Shown here one piece after another: positions 18,789 through 30,788 of a stretch of DNA of 64,000 nucleotides. Each line of letters opens with the position of its first letter. The first letter of the stretch is position 1. This DNA comes from an uncultured Alphaproteobacteria bacterium (GTDB lineage Bacteria; Pseudomonadota; Alphaproteobacteria; RF32; CAG-239), in assembly GCA_944392835.1 (NCBI GenBank), contig CALXYB010000003.1:73389-137388 (forward strand), given 5' to 3'. The position numbers and the translations under genes were made by a program. The notes under the pieces were generated by a model. It did not search any database, was not told the origin of the DNA, and was given only the letters and a program-made list of their open reading frames with translations.

Positions 18789-19733
18789 CTAGCCTTTAAG
18801 CAAATCGGCTTTTTCATATTCTTTGTGCAGGTGTTCAATCTCAACATCGGTGTAGCGTTGGGTCGTGGTCAAAGAAGCATGCCCCAACAGCTCCTGAATA
18901 GAGCGGAGATCGGTGCTTTCAGCTAAGAGATGCGTGGCAAAAGAATGCCTGAGCGCGTGCGGCGTTACCGTATTAGGCAAGCCGAGCTCTGCTCTAATTT
19001 TTTCAAGACGGCGTTGAATAATACGCGGAGAAAGCCTTTCGCCTCTTGCGCCCAAGAAGAGGGCTTCGCCTTTTTTCATTTTGTAAGGACATTCTTGTTT
19101 GTAGGCTTCAACAGCCTCAATAACCGCAGGGAGCAGAGGAACAATTCTGGTCTTTTGCCCTTTACCCACAATCCGCATAAAATCTTTATTATCCAAGTCG
19201 CCGCAATTAAGGTTTAAGGCTTCGGAGATACGCAGTCCGCAACCATAGAGCAGAATAAATACGGCCTTATCGCGTAGGCTCATCCAGTAGGCATCATCGG
19301 GGTTTTTGGTGTTTTGTAAAGCAGATGCATTTTTGAGAACATCAAAAGTTTCATCAATATCTAAAGCTTTGGGCAGAATCTTGGGCTTTCTGGGGGAGGA
19401 TATGACGCTAATGGCAGAGTTTTTGACAATATCGGAGCGGTCCAACCACTTAAAAAAGTTTTTAACCGCCGAGATTTCACGGGCAATAGAGCTTTTTTCA
19501 AGATGCTTTGCTGCACGCGCTGCCAAATAAGCACGAAAATCGCGAACATCAAGTTTGCCGAGTTTGGCAAGATTTAAGGGTTTATCAAAGAAAGCAAAAA
19601 ATTCGGACAAATCACGAGCATAAGCATCCAGCGTATGTTCTGAATAACGCCTTTCATTTTTGAGCCAACCGCGCCATTTATTGATACAATCCAAGGCATC
19701 GTGCGCGGCATTAAATTTAATTTCGCTTTTCAT
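18789..19733 (-). CDS. xerC: Tyrosine recombinase XerC. The XerC versus XerD call is tentative.
   Basis: The C-terminal LRHSFATHLLAESTDLRSIQELLGHASLTTTQRYT, with the catalytic Tyr, is closer to the XerC pattern RHSFATH...QELLGHA. Confidence 0.7.
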   Translation of the reverse strand: MKSEIKFNAAHDALDCINKWRGWLKNERRYSEHTLDAYARDLSEFFAFFDKPLNLAKLGKLDVRDFRAYLAARAAKHLEKSSIAREISAVKNFFKWLDRSDIVKNSAISVISSPRKPKILPKALDIDETFDVLKNASALQNTKNPDDAYWMSLRDKAVFILLYGCGLRISEALNLNCGDLDNKDFMRIVGKGQKTRIVPLLPAVIEAVEAYKQECPYKMKKGEALFLGARGERLSPRIIQRRLEKIRAELGLPNTVTPHALRHSFATHLLAESTDLRSIQELLGHASLTTTQRYTDVEIEHLHKEYEKADLLKG

Positions 19734-19861
19734 AACAATAATTATATCAGAGCAGGGTTAAATTTTGGTATAAATCTTGACAATTATTTGCTTCTGGCGT
19801 AACCATACAGACAATCCAAATACAATTATATAACATTATGTTGAACTAAAATTTCATAATT

Positions 19862-20188
19862 ATGGAAAAATCATTAACCGCAGAAATTGTTTCGGTCAGT
19901 CATCCGTTTACATTTAGTAAAAAAGGCTTGGATCATAGTTGCATTAAGATGCTGATTAAGTTCAAAGACAACAGTTGCAAAATTCTGACTTTTATTTTGG
20001 ATTCAAAATATCAGGTTTCAGATATAAACAGTGAAAAATTATCAGCCTTAACGCCTTTTGTTTTTGCTTCATTGTGTGAAAAAGGCGATATTTTGAACAT
20101 AGAGCTTAGTGAGCAACTAGGAGACTGTTGGCGAGCTTGTGATGTTAGGCGGATAGAAAACCTGACCAAAAATTTGGCCTGCATTTAA
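19862..20188 (+). CDS. Hypothetical small protein.
   Basis: The product is 108 aa. It is followed by a good intrinsic terminator, which suggests it is transcribed. There is no clear RBS and no recognised motif. Confidence 0.35.
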   Translation: MEKSLTAEIVSVSHPFTFSKKGLDHSCIKMLIKFKDNSCKILTFILDSKYQVSDINSEKLSALTPFVFASLCEKGDILNIELSEQLGDCWRACDVRRIENLTKNLACI

Positions 20189-20207
20189 GGAAAATTGAAA
20201 AAACAAA

Positions 20208-20243
20208 AACAGCTGAATTATAAAAAATTCGGCTGTTTTTTTG
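20208..20243 (+). terminator. Intrinsic terminator.
   Basis: The sequence is AACAGCTGAATTataaaaAATTCGGCTGTTTTTTTG. Confidence 0.55.
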
Positions 20244-20322
20244 TGCGTAAAATACAAACAGATTTGTTTTAAAATCAGCAAATTGCTATTATCTGTTCAG
20301 GTAACAATTCAGAGGTACGAAC

Positions 20323-22500
20323 TTGTCGCAGATAATAGGCGTTTTGCTGCCTTTACCTTTTAATGATGTTTTTGATTATAAAACCGAGGAGGAAATTCCT
20401 CTCGGCTCTTTCGTTCGTGTACCTTTCGGCAGAGAAAAAATCGTCGGCGTTGTCTGGAAAATAGGGCGTTCTTCCAAGCTGGAAGAAAACAAAATTAAAG
20501 CCGTGATTGAGGTTTTAGCTTTTCCGCCGCTATCAGAGAATATGCGCAAATTTATCACTTTTGTCGCCTCGTATAATATGGCGTTTTTAGGGCTCACCTT
20601 AAAAATGACAATGGGCGTGAAGGCAGTTTTTGATGATAATCAGACCACCACGCTTTATCGCTTGTCCGGCAAAACTTTGGCAGAGGCAAAACTCAAAAAT
20701 TCCGATGCGCGCTGGCGGGTGATGGAGCTCTTAAAGCATTATCCATATAGTAAAGCGGAAATCTGTGCCGGAGCGGGTTGTGGAGCGGCAGTCGTCAAAA
20801 CCATGATAGATGCCGGAGTCTTGGAACCCTTTACGGTTGAGAAGAAAAAAACTTTTGCAAAACCAAATTCCAAGCACCAAAAAGTTAATCTGACACCTGA
20901 GCAAGCCGCGGCTGCCGAGCATTTGGTTGAGAAGATTGAAAACGGCTTTTCCGTAACGCTTTTGGATGGCGTAACCGGTTCGGGTAAAACGGAAGTTTAT
21001 TTTGAGGCGGTAGCCAAGGCTTTGGAGTGCGACCGCCAGGTTCTGATTATGGTGCCGGAAATCTCTTTGACCACCCAGTGGTTAAACAGGTTTGAAAAGC
21101 GTTTCGGGGTTAAACCGGCTTGCTGGCATTCAGGCTTGGGACAAAGAGAAAGAATGGATAATTGGACGGCGGTGATAGAAGGGCGTGCCAAGGTTGTTGT
21201 CGGCGCGCGTTCGGCATTGTTCTTGCCTTTTGCTGATTTAGGGCTGATTGTTATAGATGAGAGCCATGATCATTCTTTTAAGCAGGAAGATGTCGTAAAT
21301 TATCAGGGGCGGGATATGGCTGTCGTGAGGGCTAAGTTTGAAGGTTTTCCGCTGATTTTATCAACCGCCACGCCGGATTTGGAAACGGTTTGCAATGTGG
21401 AGAGCGGCAAATACGATTCTGTCCGTTTAACAAGCCGTTATGCGGCCGCTCTCTTACCCGAGATTAAGATTTTGGATTTAAAAAAAGACAAACCGCAAAA
21501 GGGAACATGGGGAGTCTCGTGGTTGGCTCCGACTTTGGTTAATGCCTTGAAAGAAAATTTGGAAAAAGGCGAGCAGTCTGTATTGTTCTTAAACCGTAGG
21601 GGCTATGCGCCGCTGACCATTTGCCGCGATTGCGGACATCGGATTCAGTGTCCGAACTGTACGGCTTGGCTCACCGAACATAAACGGACACATTCTTTGG
21701 TCTGCCATCATTGCGGCTATACGACATCTATTCCGTCTTGTTGCCCCGAGTGCGGCTCGGAAGAGGGACTGACAGCTTGCGGACCGGGAGTGGAAAGAAT
21801 AGCCGAAGAAGTTAAAGGCAGATTCCCCGATGCCAGAATAGAGATTTTATCAAGCGATATCACGTCTTCTTTGGCGGATGTTTCTGAAGTAATCCGCAAA
21901 ATGGAAAAAGGCGAGGTGGATATTTTAATCGGTACACAGATTCTTGCCAAAGGGCATCACTTTCCGAGTTTGACATTGGTTGGGATAGTTGATGCGGATT
22001 TGGGGCTGATGGGGAGTGATTTAAGAGCTTCGGAGCAAACATTTCAGTTATTGTCTCAAGTTTCCGGACGAGCTGGCAGAGGCGAGAAAAAAGGCACGGT
22101 TTATTTGCAAACCTTATATCCTGAAAACGCGGTATTACAAGCACTTATCGCCAATGATAGAGATAAATTCTTAACTTTGGAAAAAAAGATCCGAAAAATT
22201 TTAAAGATGCCGCCTTACGGAAAGTTGGCTGCGATTATTGTAACCGGCAATAATCAAAACGCGGTGGAAAATGTGGCAATAAGGTTGGGGCAGACAGCGC
22301 CGAATACGGAGAGTATTTCCACGCTCGGACCTGCGCCCGCACCGATATTTATGCTAAGAGGAAAGTATCGGTATAGATTGTTGCTGAAGACAGCAAAAAA
22401 TATTAAAATTCAGGATGTTATAAAAGAGTGGTTGCGCAAGGTTGAGCCTCCCTCAAATGTGCGGATTAGTGTGGATATAGACCCATATTCTTTTATGTGA
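20323..22500 (+). CDS. priA: Primosomal protein N' (replication restart helicase PriA).
   Basis: The product is 725 aa. It has Walker A (GVTGSGKTEVY) and DEAH-like (VIDESHD) motifs and a Cys-rich zinc-binding insert (CRDCGHRIQCPNCTAW...CHHCGY...CCPECGS). The start is TTG. Confidence 0.9.
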   Translation: MSQIIGVLLPLPFNDVFDYKTEEEIPLGSFVRVPFGREKIVGVVWKIGRSSKLEENKIKAVIEVLAFPPLSENMRKFITFVASYNMAFLGLTLKMTMGVKAVFDDNQTTTLYRLSGKTLAEAKLKNSDARWRVMELLKHYPYSKAEICAGAGCGAAVVKTMIDAGVLEPFTVEKKKTFAKPNSKHQKVNLTPEQAAAAEHLVEKIENGFSVTLLDGVTGSGKTEVYFEAVAKALECDRQVLIMVPEISLTTQWLNRFEKRFGVKPACWHSGLGQRERMDNWTAVIEGRAKVVVGARSALFLPFADLGLIVIDESHDHSFKQEDVVNYQGRDMAVVRAKFEGFPLILSTATPDLETVCNVESGKYDSVRLTSRYAAALLPEIKILDLKKDKPQKGTWGVSWLAPTLVNALKENLEKGEQSVLFLNRRGYAPLTICRDCGHRIQCPNCTAWLTEHKRTHSLVCHHCGYTTSIPSCCPECGSEEGLTACGPGVERIAEEVKGRFPDARIEILSSDITSSLADVSEVIRKMEKGEVDILIGTQILAKGHHFPSLTLVGIVDADLGLMGSDLRASEQTFQLLSQVSGRAGRGEKKGTVYLQTLYPENAVLQALIANDRDKFLTLEKKIRKILKMPPYGKLAAIIVTGNNQNAVENVAIRLGQTAPNTESISTLGPAPAPIFMLRGKYRYRLLLKTAKNIKIQDVIKEWLRKVEPPSNVRISVDIDPYSFM

Positions 22501-22580
22501 GAAAAAGGAAAATATTAATAAATTAGAAACCAATTATTATATATCATCTAGCCATCTTATAAGAAAATTGAGAGTTAAAA

Positions 22581-23135
22581 TTGAAAAAAGATTCTAAAAC
22601 AAAAATCGCTCGCGTTTATGCTCAGGCCTTGTATGAAGCTGCTGTTGAGAAAAAAGCAGTGGAGAAGGTGTCTGAAGATATCATTAAGCTTCATGATATC
22701 ATAAGCGCGGATGCCGATATCATAAAAAATTTGGCCAATCCGTTGTGGGCTGTTGAAGATAAGGTTTCAGCCCTGAAAGCTGTTGCGGTAAAGCTCAAAC
22801 TTGATTCTGAAACGCTGAATTGTTTGAACTTAATTGCCGAAAACGGCCGCTTTGCCGAAATGGCGCAGATTCTTGATGCATTCAAGCATATCTATTATGC
22901 CAAACACGGTATTACCGAAGTTGAGGTCGGCACGGTTAAGGCTTTGTCGGCAACACAGGATAAAAAGCTGAAGGCTAATCTTGAAAAAATGCTTTCTTCA
23001 AAAGTTGTTGTTAAATATCAGATTAAGCCTGAACTTTTAGGCGGATTAGTTATAAAATTTAACTCAAATATGATTGACGATTCTCTAAAGTCTAAGCTGA
23101 ATCGTCTTGAATTAGTGATGAAAGGTGGACAATAA
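22581..23135 (+). CDS. atpH: F-type ATP synthase subunit delta (OSCP).
   Basis: The gene is first in the atpHAGDC operon. The product is 184 aa, with an OSCP-like N-terminus ([12 protein letters not shown]). Confidence 0.85.
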   Translation: MKKDSKTKIARVYAQALYEAAVEKKAVEKVSEDIIKLHDIISADADIIKNLANPLWAVEDKVSALKAVAVKLKLDSETLNCLNLIAENGRFAEMAQILDAFKHIYYAKHGITEVEVGTVKALSATQDKKLKANLEKMLSSKVVVKYQIKPELLGGLVIKFNSNMIDDSLKSKLNRLELVMKGGQ

Positions 23136-24685
23136 TGTCTGTACACGCAAGCGAAATATCCTCCATAATCAAGGAGAAAATAGCCAAGTCGGACGTCAAT
23201 ATTGACGTTTCTGAGGTCGGCCGCGTTTTGTCTGTGGGTGACGGTATTGCCCGTATCTATGGTTTGGATAAGGTTCAGGCTAACGAGATGGTGGAGTTTG
23301 AATCCGGTGTTAAGGGAATGGCTCTTAACTTGGAGGAAGACAATGTCGGTGTCGTTATCTTTGGCTCAGACCAAGATATTAAAGAGGGTGATACGGTAAA
23401 GCGCACGGACAAGATTGTGAGCGTTCCGGTGGGCAAAGAGCTCTTGGGGCGCGTGGTTGATGCTCTGGGCGAACCGATTGACGGCAAAGGTCCGATTAAG
23501 GCGAAAGAATTTAGCTATTCCGAAGTAAAGGCGCCGGGTATCATTCCGCGGAAAAGCGTGCATGAACCGATGCAAACGGGTTTGAAAATCGTGGATTCTT
23601 TGATTCCGATTGGTCGTGGTCAACGTGAGCTGATTATTGGCGACCGTCAAACCGGAAAAACAGCCATTATCTTGGACACAATCATCAATCAGAAGCATAT
23701 TAACGAGCAGGCAAAGTCTGAAAGCGAAAAAATGTATTGCATTTATGTCGCTGTCGGACAAAAGCGTTCAACCGTGGCTCAGGTTGTAAAGACCTTAAAA
23801 GATCATGGCGCAATGGACTATACCATCGTTGTTGCCGCAACAGCGTCTGATCCGGCACCGATGCAATTTATCGCACCTTATTCGGGTTGTGCAATGGGTG
23901 AGTATTTCAGAGACCGCGGTATGCACGCCGTTATCTTTTATGATGACTTAAGTAAGCAAGCTACGGCATATCGTCAAATGTCCTTGTTGCTCCGCCGTCC
24001 GCCAGGGCGTGAGGCTTATCCGGGCGATGTGTTCTATCTGCACTCTCGTTTGTTGGAGCGCGCAGCTAAGATGAACGATGAGGAAGGGGCAGGGTCTTTG
24101 ACCGCGCTTCCGGTGATTGAAACCCAAGCTGGCGATGTTTCGGCCTATATTCCGACGAATGTGATTTCTATTACCGATGGTCAGATATTCTTGGAGACAA
24201 GTTTGTTCTACCAAGGTGTTCGTCCGGCGGTGAATGTTGGTATTTCCGTTAGTCGTGTGGGCTCAGCCGCTCAGATTAAGGCGATGAAACAAGTGGCCGG
24301 TAAGATTAAGTTGGAATTGGCTCAATATCGTGAAATGGCAGCTTTTGCCCAATTTGCGTCAGATTTGGATCAATCAACCAAAAACTTGTTGGCCAGAGGT
24401 GAAAGACTGACCGAACTCCTTAAACAACCGGTTTATCATCCGATGCCGGTGGCGGAAGAGGTTGTTTCAATTTTTGCCGGCGTAAGAGGTTATCTGGATA
24501 AGATTCCTGTCGCAGAGGTAAAAGCTTTTGAAGCAAAAGTTTTGGCTGAAATCAGAGCCAATCATCCGGAATATCTGGAGCAGATTCGCAAAGAGAAAGT
24601 TATCTCCGAAGAACTGGATAAAAAGCTAACAGAGTTCTTTGATGGTTTCTTAAGCGAATTTATCGGTGAAGAAAAAGCAGCATAA
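23135..24685 (+). CDS. atpA: F-type ATP synthase subunit alpha.
   Basis: Walker A is GDRQTGKT. Subunit-alpha signature blocks are present. The product is 516 aa. Confidence 0.95.
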   Translation: MSVHASEISSIIKEKIAKSDVNIDVSEVGRVLSVGDGIARIYGLDKVQANEMVEFESGVKGMALNLEEDNVGVVIFGSDQDIKEGDTVKRTDKIVSVPVGKELLGRVVDALGEPIDGKGPIKAKEFSYSEVKAPGIIPRKSVHEPMQTGLKIVDSLIPIGRGQRELIIGDRQTGKTAIILDTIINQKHINEQAKSESEKMYCIYVAVGQKRSTVAQVVKTLKDHGAMDYTIVVAATASDPAPMQFIAPYSGCAMGEYFRDRGMHAVIFYDDLSKQATAYRQMSLLLRRPPGREAYPGDVFYLHSRLLERAAKMNDEEGAGSLTALPVIETQAGDVSAYIPTNVISITDGQIFLETSLFYQGVRPAVNVGISVSRVGSAAQIKAMKQVAGKIKLELAQYREMAAFAQFASDLDQSTKNLLARGERLTELLKQPVYHPMPVAEEVVSIFAGVRGYLDKIPVAEVKAFEAKVLAEIRANHPEYLEQIRKEKVISEELDKKLTEFFDGFLSEFIGEEKAA

Positions 24686-24694
24686 GGAAAAACG

Positions 24695-25615
24695 ATGGCG
24701 GGCTTAAAAGAACTGAGAACCAGAATTGAGTCAATCAAATCCACGGAGAAAATCACTTCCGCAATGAAGATGGTTGCCGCAGCTCGTCTGCGGCGCTCCC
24801 AGGGTTTGATTGACAAATGCCGGTTCTATAACAACAATATTTTGGCCTCGGCAAACCGTGTTTTGTTAGAGCTTCGTCAGGCAGAGCAAAAGAAGAACAT
24901 TCGTTTTGTATATCCTGAACTGATGCGTGGCAACGGCAAAAGCGAAAACTATTTGTTGGTTGTGTTCACATCAGACCGCGGTTTGTGCGGAAGCTATAAC
25001 TCCAATGTTGCACGCGAAGCCGCAAAGCGGATTGAAGCCTTAAAAGAAGAAGGCAAAAATGTCAAAATTCTTTGTGTCGGCAAAAAGGGCAGAGATATTT
25101 TGAAGCGCAAATATGCAGACCAGATTGTGGACACGATTGAAGGCATTGCCAAAAAAGGTGCCAAATATTATGAGGCGGTAGACTTAGGACAGCGGATTTT
25201 AGACTTGTATAAGCAAGGTGAAATGGATGTCTGCGAAGTCGTTGTCAGCCGTTTCCGTTCGGCAATCAATCGTGAGATTGTAACCGAACAAGTCTTTCCG
25301 GTAGTGGTAGAGGATTTTGAGTATAATCGTCTGCATGCGCCGGTAAATGTTTATAAAGGTGCCTTTTATGATTATGAGCCCGGCTTGCTTGAAATTTTAG
25401 ATGGTATGATGCCGCTCATTTTCAGAAGCAGTCTGTTTCAGGCCGTGGTGCATAGCCAAGCCTCAGAGCATGGCGCTCGCATGACCTCAATGGACAATGC
25501 AACGCGTAATGCCAAAGACATGATTTCTGGTTTAACCTTACGTTATAACCGCATTCGTCAAACCGCGATTACCACCGAGCTGGTAGAAATTATCGCCGGT
25601 GCCGAAGCGCTTTAA
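24695..25615 (+). CDS. atpG: F-type ATP synthase subunit gamma.
   Basis: The N-terminus MAGLKELRTRIESIKSTEKITSAMKMVAAARLRR is canonical for gamma. The product is 306 aa. Confidence 0.9.
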   Translation: MAGLKELRTRIESIKSTEKITSAMKMVAAARLRRSQGLIDKCRFYNNNILASANRVLLELRQAEQKKNIRFVYPELMRGNGKSENYLLVVFTSDRGLCGSYNSNVAREAAKRIEALKEEGKNVKILCVGKKGRDILKRKYADQIVDTIEGIAKKGAKYYEAVDLGQRILDLYKQGEMDVCEVVVSRFRSAINREIVTEQVFPVVVEDFEYNRLHAPVNVYKGAFYDYEPGLLEILDGMMPLIFRSSLFQAVVHSQASEHGARMTSMDNATRNAKDMISGLTLRYNRIRQTAITTELVEIIAGAEAL

Positions 25616-25629
25616 GTGATGAAAATTAG

Positions 25630-27219
<1,590 letters not shown>

Positions 27220-27252
27220 CGGTTTCTTCCTGTTTCTGAAAGAGGTTAGAGA

Positions 27253-27636
27253 ATGGAAAAAGGCATTATCTTCAGAATATCACGTCCATACAAGATTTAC
27301 CGAACATCTATGGCACCGAAAGTTGTTGTTCCCGGAGTTAAGGGTGATTTGACGGTTTTGGTGGACCGTGCACCGACGCTGGTACAGTTGCGCAACGGTC
27401 TGGTGCAGATTTTGGATAAATCGGATAAGGTTGTGGAGCGCTATTTTATTAAAGGCGGCATTGCGGATATTGCGCGCAACCGTTGCGCAATCTCAACGGA
27501 GAAAGTTGTCGCTTACGAAAATACGAGTGTTGAGAAAGCCACAGCCAAGCGCGATGCGGCAATTTATGATGAAGATAAAGCCTATTACCAAATGATAATA
27601 GATTATATCCAAACTTTCGGAAACAAAGAAGTTTAA
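27253..27636 (+). CDS. atpC: F-type ATP synthase subunit epsilon.
   Basis: It is the last gene of the operon. The product is 127 aa. A terminator follows. Confidence 0.75.
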   Translation: MEKGIIFRISRPYKIYRTSMAPKVVVPGVKGDLTVLVDRAPTLVQLRNGLVQILDKSDKVVERYFIKGGIADIARNRCAISTEKVVAYENTSVEKATAKRDAAIYDEDKAYYQMIIDYIQTFGNKEV

Positions 27637-27639
27637 GTC

Positions 27640-27667
27640 AAAGCCCCTCGGAAGAGGGGTTTTGATT
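27640..27667 (+). terminator. Intrinsic terminator of the atp operon.
   Basis: The sequence is AAAGCCCCTCggaaGAGGGGTTTTGATT. Confidence 0.75.
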
Positions 27668-27747
27668 AAATAAAAAAAGCAAGCTTATTGAATAAGTAAG
27701 ATTCATTTCTTAAATTAAAGGAATAAGAAAACAACAAGGAGAAGACG

Positions 27748-28263
27748 ATGGAACTCGGAGAAGGAATACTAACCCGCCGCTCAATCAGAAAATTTGTTAA
27801 AGACAAAACCATTCCTGATGAAGATGTAAAATTTATTTTAGACGCGGCTATGCACGCACCTTCGGCAAGAAACAAACAGCCATGGGAGTTTGTTGTTGTT
27901 AATGATAAGAATATGTTTGGAAAAATTGCCGAGCTTCATCCTTACGCCGGATTTATAGAAGAAGCGTCTCTGGCAGTTTTTGTTTGCGGCAACTTAAATG
28001 AACAACATGCGCCGGACTATTGGGTCGGAGATACGGCAGCCGCATCGGAGAACTTGTTGCTCGCTTGCCATGCGAAAGGGCTGGGAGCTTGCTGGTGTGG
28101 CGTTTATCCGCAAGAAGACAGAGTTGAGAAGTTCAAAAAACTTTTGGGCTTACCGGAATATGTTACGCCCTTAAACCTGATTGTGATTGGCTATCCAGAT
28201 TTTCAGCCTTCACAACCCAATGATAGGTATAAGCCCAACAAAGTTCATTATAATCATTGGTAA
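27748..28263 (+). CDS. Nitroreductase-family flavoprotein.
   Basis: RRSIRKF and PSARNKQPWEFVVV are hallmarks of the nitroreductase fold. The product is 171 aa. Confidence 0.75.
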   Translation: MELGEGILTRRSIRKFVKDKTIPDEDVKFILDAAMHAPSARNKQPWEFVVVNDKNMFGKIAELHPYAGFIEEASLAVFVCGNLNEQHAPDYWVGDTAAASENLLLACHAKGLGACWCGVYPQEDRVEKFKKLLGLPEYVTPLNLIVIGYPDFQPSQPNDRYKPNKVHYNHW

Positions 28264-28264
28264 G

Positions 28265-28296
28265 AAAAAGCCCTCTTTGCAGAGGGCTTTAATTTT
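28265..28296. terminator. Bidirectional intrinsic terminator between the nitroreductase gene and glmS.
   Basis: The sequence is AAAAAGCCCTCTttgcAGAGGGCTTTAATTTT. Confidence 0.7.
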
Positions 28297-30136
28297 ACTC
28301 AACGGTAACTGATTTTGCCAAGTTTCTCGGTTGGTCAACTTCGCGTCCCAAGCCATCGGCAATATAGTAGGCCAAAAGCTGCAAGGGGAGGTTAGCCAAT
28401 ATCGGAAAAATACTATAAGATGCGTCAGGAATCTTAATCAGATAATCAAATAAATCCTGCGGTAAGTCCTCTTTTTCCGAAGCAACGGCGATTAACGGTG
28501 CATTACGAGCTTTGGCTTCGGCGCAGTTAGAAATCATTTTGGAAAGTGTAATTCCGGAGCCCAAAATAGCCATAACCGGCATATTTTCATCCAAAAGCGC
28601 AATCGGACCGTGCTTAAGTTCTCCCGCGGCATAAGCATTGGCATTAATATAGCTGATTTCTTTGAGCTTGAGAGCGCCTTCCAAAGCGCAAGTCAGATTA
28701 ATACCTCGCGCCATATATACGAAGTTATGATAATTTTTGAGCTTATCAGCCAAGGCTTTAATATCGGCTGAATGGCTCAAAACTTCTTCAGCTAAAGCCG
28801 GAAGCTCAAGTAAAGATTGCTTAATTGCTTGAAGCTGTCCTTGAGAAAGGGAAGATATTTGCTCAGCCCAATAGAGACCGAACCAATAAAGTGCAGCCAA
28901 CTGAGCCGTATAAGACTTTGTCGCGGCAACACTAACCTCAATGCCTGCATTAAGCGGAATAACATTCTCGCTGTAACGCGTAATGCTTGAGTCTGTTCTG
29001 TTAGTCAGAAGCAAGAGCTGTGCTCCTTTTTCTTGCGCTTGTTTGACTGCGGTAATCGTATCAGCCGTTTCCCCTGATTGTGAGATTCCGATAACCAAAG
29101 AGTTCTCATCAGTCAGATTATGCTTATAAATATATTCGCTGGCGGCCTCAATATGTACGGGAAGATGCAACCATTCCTCCCACAAATTTTGCGCAAAAGC
29201 CGCCGCGTGTAAAGATGTTCCGCAAGCAATAATGCTGATGTTTTTAATCTTTGTAAAATCAAGACTTATTGTGCATTCATCAAGGCTGACAGGTTGGTCA
29301 ACCGCCGGAATATGCGCCGCCAGACATTGACGTAAGATATTCGGCTGTTCATTAATTTCCTTGAGCATAAAATGCTTGTAACCAAGCTTGCTGATAACAT
29401 CTGGTGAAAACTCAATTTTCTCAATCGGTTTAATCACCGGCTCTCCGCTGAGCTTTTTAACCTCAACGCTGTCTTGCCGAACAATGGCCAGCTCGTTGTC
29501 AGCCAAGTGGATAATGCCGCTGACTTTGCCGATGATTGCGGGAATATCGCTGGCAATATAGTTTTCATTATTTCCGATTCCGATAATCAAAGGCGCATTT
29601 TTACGCACGGCAATAATCTTGTCCGGCTCATCTTGGTGCATAATGCAAAAAGCAAAAGCACCGCGGAGTAGCTTAACCGCAGATATAACGGCTTGTTCCA
29701 GGGAATGAGATTTTTTATATTCTCTGTCAATGAGGTGAACGGCGGTTTCCGTATCGGTTTCTGAATGAAAAACAAAGCCTTCGGCTTGCAGTTCCTGGCG
29801 AAGCTCCTGATAGTTTTCAATAATTCCGTTGTGCACCAAAACAAGCTTTCCGTCATTAGAAAGATGGGGGTGTGCATTTTCGGTTGTTGCCTTACCATGC
29901 GTAGCCCAACGAATATGACCAATTCCGATGTGAGAAGAACCAAGCTTAGCAGATTGTGTCTCAAGCAGGTTCTTCAGGTTTTCAAGTTTTCCTTTGGCTT
30001 TGAAAACATCAATCATATTATTGTCGTTCAGGGCAATTCCGGCAGAATCATAACCACGATATTCAAGATTTTTTAGACCGGATAACAAGGTAGACGCAAC
30101 GGCATTATTGCCGATATATCCAATTAAACCACACAT
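28295..30136 (-). CDS. glmS: Glutamine--fructose-6-phosphate aminotransferase (isomerising).
   Basis: The true start is MCGLIGYIG, with the catalytic Cys2. An AAGGAG RBS is present. The 36-aa extension in the ORF track is an artefact. The product is ~613 aa with SIS domains. Confidence 0.9.
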   Translation of the reverse strand: MCGLIGYIGNNAVASTLLSGLKNLEYRGYDSAGIALNDNNMIDVFKAKGKLENLKNLLETQSAKLGSSHIGIGHIRWATHGKATTENAHPHLSNDGKLVLVHNGIIENYQELRQELQAEGFVFHSETDTETAVHLIDREYKKSHSLEQAVISAVKLLRGAFAFCIMHQDEPDKIIAVRKNAPLIIGIGNNENYIASDIPAIIGKVSGIIHLADNELAIVRQDSVEVKKLSGEPVIKPIEKIEFSPDVISKLGYKHFMLKEINEQPNILRQCLAAHIPAVDQPVSLDECTISLDFTKIKNISIIACGTSLHAAAFAQNLWEEWLHLPVHIEAASEYIYKHNLTDENSLVIGISQSGETADTITAVKQAQEKGAQLLLLTNRTDSSITRYSENVIPLNAGIEVSVAATKSYTAQLAALYWFGLYWAEQISSLSQGQLQAIKQSLLELPALAEEVLSHSADIKALADKLKNYHNFVYMARGINLTCALEGALKLKEISYINANAYAAGELKHGPIALLDENMPVMAILGSGITLSKMISNCAEAKARNAPLIAVASEKEDLPQDLFDYLIKIPDASYSIFPILANLPLQLLAYYIADGLGREVDQPRNLAKSVTVE

Positions 30137-30141
30137 TTCCC

Positions 30142-30666
30142 TTACTCCTTGATATAGCCGATTTTGCGCAAGGTGTTGATGACGTTTGTTTTGTTGCGTT
30201 TTTTTATGGGGCGGATAGGTCTTCCGGCATAAACCGTCCAAGGTTCAAACTTGTAGTTTGACGGAACAAAGCTGAGCGCACCGATGCAAACACCTTCGGG
30301 AATATCATTGTTAGGCATAATGACGGAGTTTGTGCCCACGCCGGTATATTTGCCGAGTTTAACATTACCCTGAATTTCTTTAACTTCGGGAATGGAATGC
30401 GTAACTAATTCGTTGACATAGTCGTTACTGCTGAGCCAAACTTTAACGCCTGCGGCCAAGCTTGAACAATCGCCCATTTCAAAGGTATATTTTCCATCAC
30501 CGCCGGCAATATAAGTTCCGGGAGCAATCTCGCAGTCAGAACCAATGTGGCAGGCAGAGGAAATGCGACAAAAATCCGCAATACGCACATTGTTGCCAAC
30601 TTCCACAAGTTCAGGTTTTTTAATAACGACATACTCGCCGAGCGTAAAATTCTTTCCGTGTTTCAT
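30142..30666 (-). CDS. Hexapeptide-repeat (left-handed beta-helix) acetyltransferase.
   Basis: Imperfect hexapeptide repeats are present ([LIV]-G-x-x-x-x periodicity). The start is chosen at MKHGK, with a GGAG RBS 8 nt upstream. It ends 5 nt before the glmS start. Confidence 0.6.
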   Translation of the reverse strand: MKHGKNFTLGEYVVIKKPELVEVGNNVRIADFCRISSACHIGSDCEIAPGTYIAGGDGKYTFEMGDCSSLAAGVKVWLSSNDYVNELVTHSIPEVKEIQGNVKLGKYTGVGTNSVIMPNNDIPEGVCIGALSFVPSNYKFEPWTVYAGRPIRPIKKRNKTNVINTLRKIGYIKE

Positions 30667-30756
30667 ATTCAAAAACTCCACAATTATTCAACTGAGGATA
30701 TTCTTGAACATTCAACAGGATTTGACAAACCAAATAAAATTACGAATTATTACACG

Positions 30757-30784
30757 CAAAAAAAGCCCCCTTTAGGGGGCTTTC
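30757..30784 (-). terminator. Intrinsic terminator after aas.
   Basis: The minus-strand reading is GAAAGCCCCCTAAAGGGGGCTTTTTTT. Confidence 0.7.
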
Positions 30785-30788
30785 GTAT

